Assembly (NCBI GenBank): GCA_044892525.1
Contig: CM097885.1
Span: forward strand, 30,878,001-30,942,000
Length of the DNA: 64,000 nucleotides
Source of the DNA: Schmidtea polychroa
Lineage: Eukaryota
Direction of reading: 5' to 3'
A program made the translations under genes and the position numbers. Under the pieces are notes generated by a model. The model did no database searches. It was given only the letters and a program-made list of their open reading frames with translations, and was not told the DNA's origin. Positions 1 through 64,000 of this stretch are shown one piece after another; the first letter of the stretch is position 1, and each line of letters opens with the position of its first letter.

Positions 1-604
1 TAAATAATCACATCTGTAAAAATCCAGGATAAACAACACTATAGTTATAATTGAAGAAAATATTTATTTCGAAAAAAATAACCCACAATCTTACGCACGA
101 AATTAAAGCCAAATTAAACTAAAAATTATTAACCAAAAAATGAAGAACAATAGTTGAAATTCTAATAATAAATAATGAGTGTAAAATTTATATTTACAAT
201 AAATACAATAAAGTATTCATTGAAAATTTATTGTTAAAAACGACAACATTTTCAACCTCATAAATTGGATGACATCTGCATTTGGTATTGCAAATCGACC
301 CAAATCGACTAAAAGCACATTTATCAATTGGTTTATAAAAAAACTAACAATAGTACATCAAAAATACACCAGTCCTAGAAAGATCTGAAGTTTATTAAAA
401 CACAATTAATTGATTTTAAGAATAAAAAAGAAATATGAATCCTAATCAGTGGTGAGCTATGGTAAAATCAACTATAGGATCTGACGAACCGAACCACAGC
501 TCACCATTGATCATAATATATAATCAAGAACAAAATTATAATTTTAAAATTATAAATTCAATTTCAATTACTGATAAACTAGGGAAAATTTTTTTTTATT
601 TTAA

Positions 605-686
605 TACGTTGACGGACACTTGCGTCTATAGCCGTCATATAGTGTCAATTTTCAAATGTCACTTGTTTCTACTGTCCGTCAATGTG
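605..686. mobile_element. 82-bp piggyBac-like MITE
   Basis: TTAA on both sides; imperfect TIRs TACGTTGACGGACA / TGTCCGTCAATGTG. Confidence 0.65.
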
Positions 687-2822
687 TTAAACTTACAAGT
701 AGTTTGAAATAAATGCCAAAAACAATATATAAAAATTTGTTTTGAAAATTTTGATTTTCCTATTTCCCTTCTTAATTTTCTTAAAAAATATCCAAACATA
801 CTATAACAGTTCTCCTTCTGTTCATACTCAAACCTTACTAATACTAGATTTTTCAAATTTTGTTTCATTTACGGCATATATTTCAATTAGCTGTTAAACT
901 AGTCACTTAGTTTCAACTAATATCTTAATATTATCTCAGTCTTAATATATTCTCAGTCACCAGTAAAAGTTTATAAAAATATATTTTTGCATCATATTTT
1001 GAGCTGCCACGATAATAACCTTCTAAAACCAATATTTTTTATCTTCATGCCCATTTACCAATCGAATTTTTTCCCTAGATATTAGTTAAAGATTTTTTTG
1101 TCTTTGTACATTTTTGTGTTTTTCACACCCTTCTAAATGTTTTTCATTCATTTTATCCTTGGAAATTTTATAAAATTTCATTCCAATAATTAATTATTTA
1201 TCGATTTTCTATCACCGCCTTTCACATTCACACACACACTTTCTGCAAATTCTGATGAAATTCTGTTCGTTGATAATAATATCCTTTCTCTTCGATTTTT
1301 CAAATATACCTTTCTCTTCTTATTTCATTTTTAATTGTAAGATTATTTTCAATAACTCCAGCAATATAAAAATTAATAAAATTAAAAATAAAATTTCAAA
1401 ATATTTTCAGCAAATATTATTTCTAAGATTCCTGAAATGGAAAATCATATTATTAAAATAATATAGGAAACGGAAATTTATGTTATTTAGATATTGAAAT
1501 TATTAGGTGTTCCAAGTTGAAATAAAATTAAATTAAAAGGTATGGACATTTTTCTTATTATCTATGTAGTTTAGCAAGGATTTCATAAATGCCAAAAATA
1601 TTCATATTTACCTATATTATATAAAATGAAGATGGAGATGAAAAGAGTGAATTTTCAACAAGAATCAAGAAATACTTCGGAGACAAATTCTTTTGGAATT
1701 GAAGAATTCTCGAATACACTAAGTGAACTGGATGAAATAACAGAACAATATTAAACTTTTAAATGCTTTGGGGAACAAACAACGAATGATTTTCGGAGTA
1801 TCTAGTTAATTAATCCCATGTTTTAATATATTAAATGCAATAAAAATGAAGATATGAAAGCGCCACCAAATGACAAATATGTCCTCTGTTGAAAATCAAA
1901 AATTTAGATTAATGTTCAAGGTGGAAATTGATTTTGTCGAAATTAAAGTCAATAAATCTAGAATTTATATTTTAAAATTTGTTGCCATCTAAAATAAAAT
2001 AATAAAAACAATGTTTATGTCCATGTTATCCATAGAATAATAGAAAAAGATCAACAGTTTCGTAATAGAGTAATTAAATAATGACCAAGTGCTGGTTATC
2101 ATCAAAACTATTTGTAAACAAACCACAGACCCCAGAACAATATATAATTACAAGCAATTTGTTGATAAATATTATAAAATAAAATAGCACAAATATACTG
2201 AAACCAGAAGCAATTAAATAATTTTCATATAAAGCTCTAATAATATTAATATTAAGAAAAATTGTTAAAATTGTGATTAAAACAGTCATCAAAAACAAGA
2301 AAAATGGAGAATGGAATAATTGTGAACTTGTCAAGTGAATTTGCTTTTACAAATATTTAAATATTGTCAACAGAAATCGTTAAATTCACGTAAAATTATG
2401 TTCAGTTCTCTACAATTTACCGTTTAACAATCTGTAGCATCAAAATGAAATTAGCCCATCAGCATATGTCCATTTCTGAGCTTCAAATCAAATATATAAC
2501 AGATATATGAAGATTAGAAAATCATATCATTTAGCTGAAATTTAATATGATCTTTTATAATGAGTATCAAAGTTCATATATAATATAACGTATGAATGCA
2601 TTTACTCAAGATATTTATTAAATATTCTCGTATATGAAAGGAACAATAAAACGGTAGAGTCAAATATACAGAATAAGATTCTTAGACCATGGAAATAATT
2701 TTCGAAAGGGCTCGATACAATCAATATAAAGTTGATTAATTAATTGGCTTTTGTAGTGAACCACCGGACGGTCTTATCGAAATCTATAGTTTGTAGTTGA
2801 GATGACCATCTTATCCATATAA

Positions 2823-3072
2823 GAAAATGGATGGCGCTGTAGCGTTGGACCTATACCGGATCGATGTCGTAAGTGATTTATAACGAGTATGAGATGTCAT
2901 GTAGGAGGGTGCCGTGCTTGCAGAGAAGTTACTGGCGTAAGTCAGAGTGGAGCGGTCACGGGTACAGATCTTGGTAGTAGTAACAATTATTCAAGTGAGA
3001 TCCTTGAAGACTGAAGTAAAGAAGGGTTATACGTGAACAATATTTGAACATGGGTTAATCGGTTCTAAGCGA
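2823..3072 (+). pseudogene. Decayed 28S rRNA fragment of about 250 bp
   Basis: Conserved LSU blocks AAAATGGATGGCGCTG, CAGATCTTGGT(A)GTAGTA, GAAGGGTT, TTGAACATGGGTTA, with substitutions. No other rDNA nearby. Confidence 0.9.
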
Positions 3073-4768
3073 ATTAGATTTCTAAACCTAATATTCTTAC
3101 ATGGTTTACCACGAATTAATATGACCTCACTAGACCTCAAAGAATTCAGCGAGGCTTCAGATTTATCTCCACTATAAAGTTATATAAAGTAAATATAGTG
3201 AAAATTCAGAAAATTATAAAGAAGCATTCAAGGATTTCTTTAATTTGCAAAAGATATCAATTTCTGGTAGAGAAAATCTCAATTCTTTAACAAGTATGAA
3301 TGGTTATTAGTCTCATTTACAACCTTTAATATCACCATTTCCTCTGTTAACAAATGACGATATTCCTGCTACGTGGTTTTGGGAAGATTCACCAATAGCT
3401 TAGCTGATATACGCTTTGAAAAAGCATCTATATTGCCTAATATCGATTTTCTTCATTGTAACGAGGAGCCAAAGATTGAAGAGTTGATTTAAATAGTATT
3501 AAAGTTGCATGTTCACATTTCCAATGTTCGGGTTGAGTTTCTGAAACCGATTTGGACAATTATACTCCATTGTCTGTGTTGATCTAGAGTCTAGATCAAC
3601 ACAGACAATGGAGCATATTTCAAGAAATTTTTATCAAATTACAAAAACGTTAATAAGTTTAAATATTTGACAAATGCTTCGCAACACACGAGAAATATCT
3701 CACGGCACACCATTTGCGTAACACTGATCTAGAGTGAGATTTATAATTTATAAAATGTGCGTGCATATTTATTGCGAATATCGTGAGTAGGCATTTTAAC
3801 CAATAATTTGCATTGTGTGTGTTTCATTTTTGCCTTTATAATATTGTGTGTCAGAGCATGCGTACTGTGTTGGAATAATTTTTGCGCCATATTATTGTTT
3901 TAGTGTTTCCTTTATATTTAGGTGTGTTTGTGTAATTATACCATTTCTTTTTCTGAAGTTGTTGTTTTAACAGACTTGATATTGGTAAATTTCGAAATTT
4001 GGAATTTTGCACTAATTTTGATAAATTTCGAGTAAAAAATTTGGAATTTTTATTCAAACCCACCACCAGAGTTAGTATTATTTTAATTCATGTCACTTTA
4101 CTACGAAATCCGTCACATTATTCCTGGACCACCACTTATAACTTACGCAATTAATCAATATAGAAAATTTTAAACTTAATTTTAATTAAATTGGCATTAA
4201 TATTTCAACGTTTTCCGGAAATCGACTTTTTCTATCGAATGACAAATGTTTATCTAAAATTCTAGATAACAGTAACTAAATTAGGAAAATCATATTTTTA
4301 ATTAATTTTAATATAGTGGTATGTATACTAAATTTTAATCTTTATTATTTTTCCACGTTACAATGAAAGCAAGCCTTTAAAGGTGCTCATACTGATGATT
4401 TGATATTCTATATATATATATACTATATAAATAGTAAAACCTACGTACGTTTATTTGTGATCAATTAATATCATTATATTTTTATCTATCTATATACATT
4501 ATTGCAATTATAATATAAATAGGCAAATAATTTTACTTCCGTGAATATTCGCAGGATACAACCAGTAGATTTTTTAATAATAATTGGTAACTGTGTGTAA
4601 ATATTCAAGAAAAAACTTTCATATCAAGAACTGATTTGACACAAAATTAAACTTGGTTACCCTTTCTAATAAAGTATAAACAAAATCATTGAATTTGTTT
4701 GAAGAAAATTGGCAAGATTGTTTAATGAGTTGATTTAATAGTCACCCTCAAACAATTTTAACTTTTAA

Positions 4769-5010
4769 CCCTTTCCAGCCCAAATTTTTTCAAAACAAAA
4801 AAAAAATATATGCAGTAAGTAGGTACCAAAACTACTTATTTTATCATAAAAATATTTTACTTCATTTTTTTTGTTGCCCCCTGTTGCCAACTGTTAAAAA
4901 CATATCTTACTATAGTTCTCACTAGTTACTGCCAACCGTTTTGGTAGTAGAGAGAAAAAAACTGAGTTTTTAACTAATGATTCCATTTGGAATCACTAGG
5001 CTGGAAAGGG
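4769..5010. mobile_element. piggyBac-type MITE
   Basis: TTAA TSDs; perfect TIRs CCCTTTCCAGCC / GGCTGGAAAGGG. Confidence 0.88.
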
Positions 5011-5507
5011 TTAAAGACAAGCACAGCTTTAATGGAGTTGATGGATTAGACAAATTGTGACTGACAATAAAATAATTTAGGACTTAAAAATAAAACATAT
5101 TGTTCGGCTTAATTTGCAATATGATATATTCTGTATAAATAATTAATAAATTAAAAAAACCTTGAAATTGAAAAAGGATTATTTTATAATGTAAAATTTT
5201 CACACATTGAAAAATTTGCAGTAAAAACTTTTATTTATTTGTTTAACATTTAATTTATGATGCTACCAAATAATCATCAATTTTATCAATTTAATAATAA
5301 TTCATTTTTATCGACTTTATATATTTTAAAATTTTGCATATATTTATTGTCAAATCTACATTTTTCATGAATAAATAAATAATTTATTTTAATTATTACT
5401 CTAAACACTTTTTCAAATCAAAATTCCAGATCACATCTCCTTGAAGGAACCGGAGTAATCTTCTAATTTCATCCATTTTTTAAAAATATGTTTCATATGA
5501 GTAAGTT

Positions 5508-5635
5508 AGATTAATAAGTAGATTAATAAATAGATTAATAAGTAGATTAATAAATAGATTAATAAGTAGATTAATAAATAGATTAGATTAATAAATAGAT
5601 TAATAAATAGATTAATAAATAGATTAATAAATAGG
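5508..5635. repeat. 12-bp minisatellite (GATTAATAARTA)n, about 10 copies
   Basis: Read directly from the sequence. Confidence 0.9.
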
Positions 5636-6103
5636 TTATTTTAATATTTAATTTTTTGATGTAAAATATGGATTCGACATTTATTATATATTATAATTGC
5701 CATTTAGAATTTTCAAGTATTTCTCCTTATCGTCTATTATTACCAATTTCTCATCGATTCTTCCTCTTTGCTCATATGGATTCCATTAACAAATTTCCCT
5801 AAACCGTCAAACTTTAAGCAGCTTTATCGTGAAGTAATAGCGAATAACAAATTAGGATCTCTGCTAAAAATATTAGGAATCTAAGAGCATATAAGAGTGT
5901 TTTGTAAAAAAATAATTAATAAAGTTACAATTTATTTATATAACTGTTTTGCATTTTCCAAATCAAAATTTCGTTGCTCAGATAACTTTAAATGAAAAAT
6001 ATTCATTTGTCATTTATGGCGATTTCAAATAAAAGCTTTATCTTTTTAATGTTTAGAAAAATTATTAAAAAAATCAAAATAACGAAAAAAGAAATAATAC
6101 ATG

Positions 6104-62446
<56,343 letters not shown>

Positions 62447-63362
62447 CGTCCATTATAAACAGTATCTAACTTTTTAAAAATGAAGATAAAATTAAAAAGA
62501 AATACACAAAAAATTATGGTATATTACATATTTCAATTTTTTTAAAAATGTTTACACAAAATTTGTTTATTAAAATAGCGCAGATTAGCTTAGTTCAGAA
62601 CTAATAAAATTACTTTAGTTAAAGAAAATTAAAATAAATTTTATTTTGAAATTTTTGTAAAATATTTGTAACTTACATGCCTTAAGTAATTTGGAAGATC
62701 TGTTTGAAAAATTACAAATATTAATTTATTAGCAAATTTTAAAATTAAATATGCTTTTAAATTTTTAATGTTCGTCATTTAGTCCTTTTAAATTCTTAAA
62801 TAAATTTATTAATTTTCGATTATCAAATTTATTATTTAGAAAAATTTTGTTTTTACATAATTTAATATAAAGTTATTAAAAAATCATTTGGAGTTAAAAC
62901 TTTTATCTTGATGGGTTTGGTCTAGCATTAGTTATGGTAATCAAATGCGAAGTGATTTGGAATTTGTTTATTCTAAGTAAGATTTCATATCCACGAATAC
63001 GCAGGAAATTTGAACTTCAACATATATAAAACAAAATTTTAAAACATCAATAAAAATAATTAAAATAAGTTTTTGATTTGGTTCTTTTATTTCTACTTTG
63101 TAGATGTCTTTGAGTTATGGGATCAAATAAATCAAAAGAACTGGATAAAATTGTCACAAGTTTCGTTAATGATGTTCAAAATGTTACAGATTTAGGACAA
63201 GAGTGAGTGCCTATTGGGAATGGTAAACTTCTAATCTGTCAGAGTTTGGGTGACCACGATAAAAAATTTTGTCCATTGCAAAGTCTGGTTCATTTATAAT
63301 CGAATAATTTGTTCTTTTAGCCAACAATAATATTCCATTAAAATCATTTTTATATTGCTGAA

Positions 63363-63984
63363 CAGTAGCGCAACTCCGGGCCTGCAAGGCCGAGGCAAAA
63401 GGGACCCATTTTCAAAATGAAATATTTTAATCAATAAATGCAAAGCAGAAAGCCGGAAACCGAAACTCCTTGTAAGCTCTTTATAATCCTTGTAAAATCA
63501 ATAAATCATGCAGGCAGGCAGATGATCTAAAATATTGCTATTGACGCGCAGTCGGCGCATATTTTTTAGGCTTGGTTTTAAGCTATTGAGCAGAGACTCC
63601 GAATGGAAGCCAAATTACATTTTACAGATGACGTTGGAATTTGCAGTTAATTCACTCAATTGGTTTCACTTTCCATCTTTGATCTATGCTGACATCATTA
63701 GTCTCATTGGCAAGTTTCAAGCCTCAGGAAGATATCAGGGAGAGTGACGTCAGTTAACTACGGATAAATATAAATTCTCAAGTAAAGAATTTTTAGATGT
63801 GGCATAAGATTACAAATTAATAATAAAATAAAATATCATAAATTAAAATCATTAAAATGAATTTCTCAAAAGTGATTCAATAATTAAAAACATAAAATTA
63901 TTGTCTATCAGATTGTCGTTGGCTGTATGAGTGGCCCATTTTGAAAATCTAGCAGGAGGCCCAGAATTTGAAGTTACGTCACTG
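63363..63984. mobile_element. hAT-type non-autonomous element upstream of Par-3 exon 1
   Basis: TIRs CAGTAGCGCAACT / AGTTACGTCACTG; TSD TTGCTGAA vs CTGCTGAT (6/8); GGCCC subterminal motifs. Confidence 0.7.
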
Positions 63985-64000
63985 CTGCTGATGCATACTA

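Noticed and set aside
2074..2334. Hydrophobic 86-aa ORF as a membrane protein, NUMT or further Par-3 exon
   Set aside because: Its composition is explained by T-rich sequence, and I found no motif or convincing splice sites.
2823..3072. Functional rRNA gene
   Set aside because: Only about 250 bp, with substitutions in conserved positions and no flanking rDNA.

Overview
Very AT-rich eukaryotic genomic DNA. Small GT-AG introns, long (AAT)n tracts and the transposon repertoire suggest a planarian-type flatworm, but that is inference. One host gene spans almost the whole window on the minus strand: a Par-3/Bazooka (PARD3) homologue. I reconstructed 16 phase-consistent coding exons between 62446 and about 6104 (about 975-978 aa): N-terminal CR1 oligomerisation domain, three PDZ domains and a proline-rich tail. 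I found no aPKC-binding CR3 motif in the window. The introns carry a young full-length Ty3/Gypsy element (16311-21394; 337-bp LTRs differing at 2 sites, 5-bp TSD, -1 frameshift signal, broken pol) and a deleted relative of it. They also carry remnants or MITEs of Tc1/mariner DD41D-like, pogo/Tigger, hAT, Mutator, probable CACTA and a non-LTR retroelement. Downstream of the last exon lie piggyBac-type MITEs, a decayed 28S rRNA fragment and a perfect 49-bp palindrome. I see no wholly new multi-gene system. The best leads are Par-3 regulatory architecture (frame-restoring 17-nt microexon, stop-free 51-nt intron inside CR1, overlapping uORF, apparently CR3-less C-terminus), a Gypsy gag that starts at or inside the LTR/PBS, and an rRNA fragment that ends near the hidden-break site.
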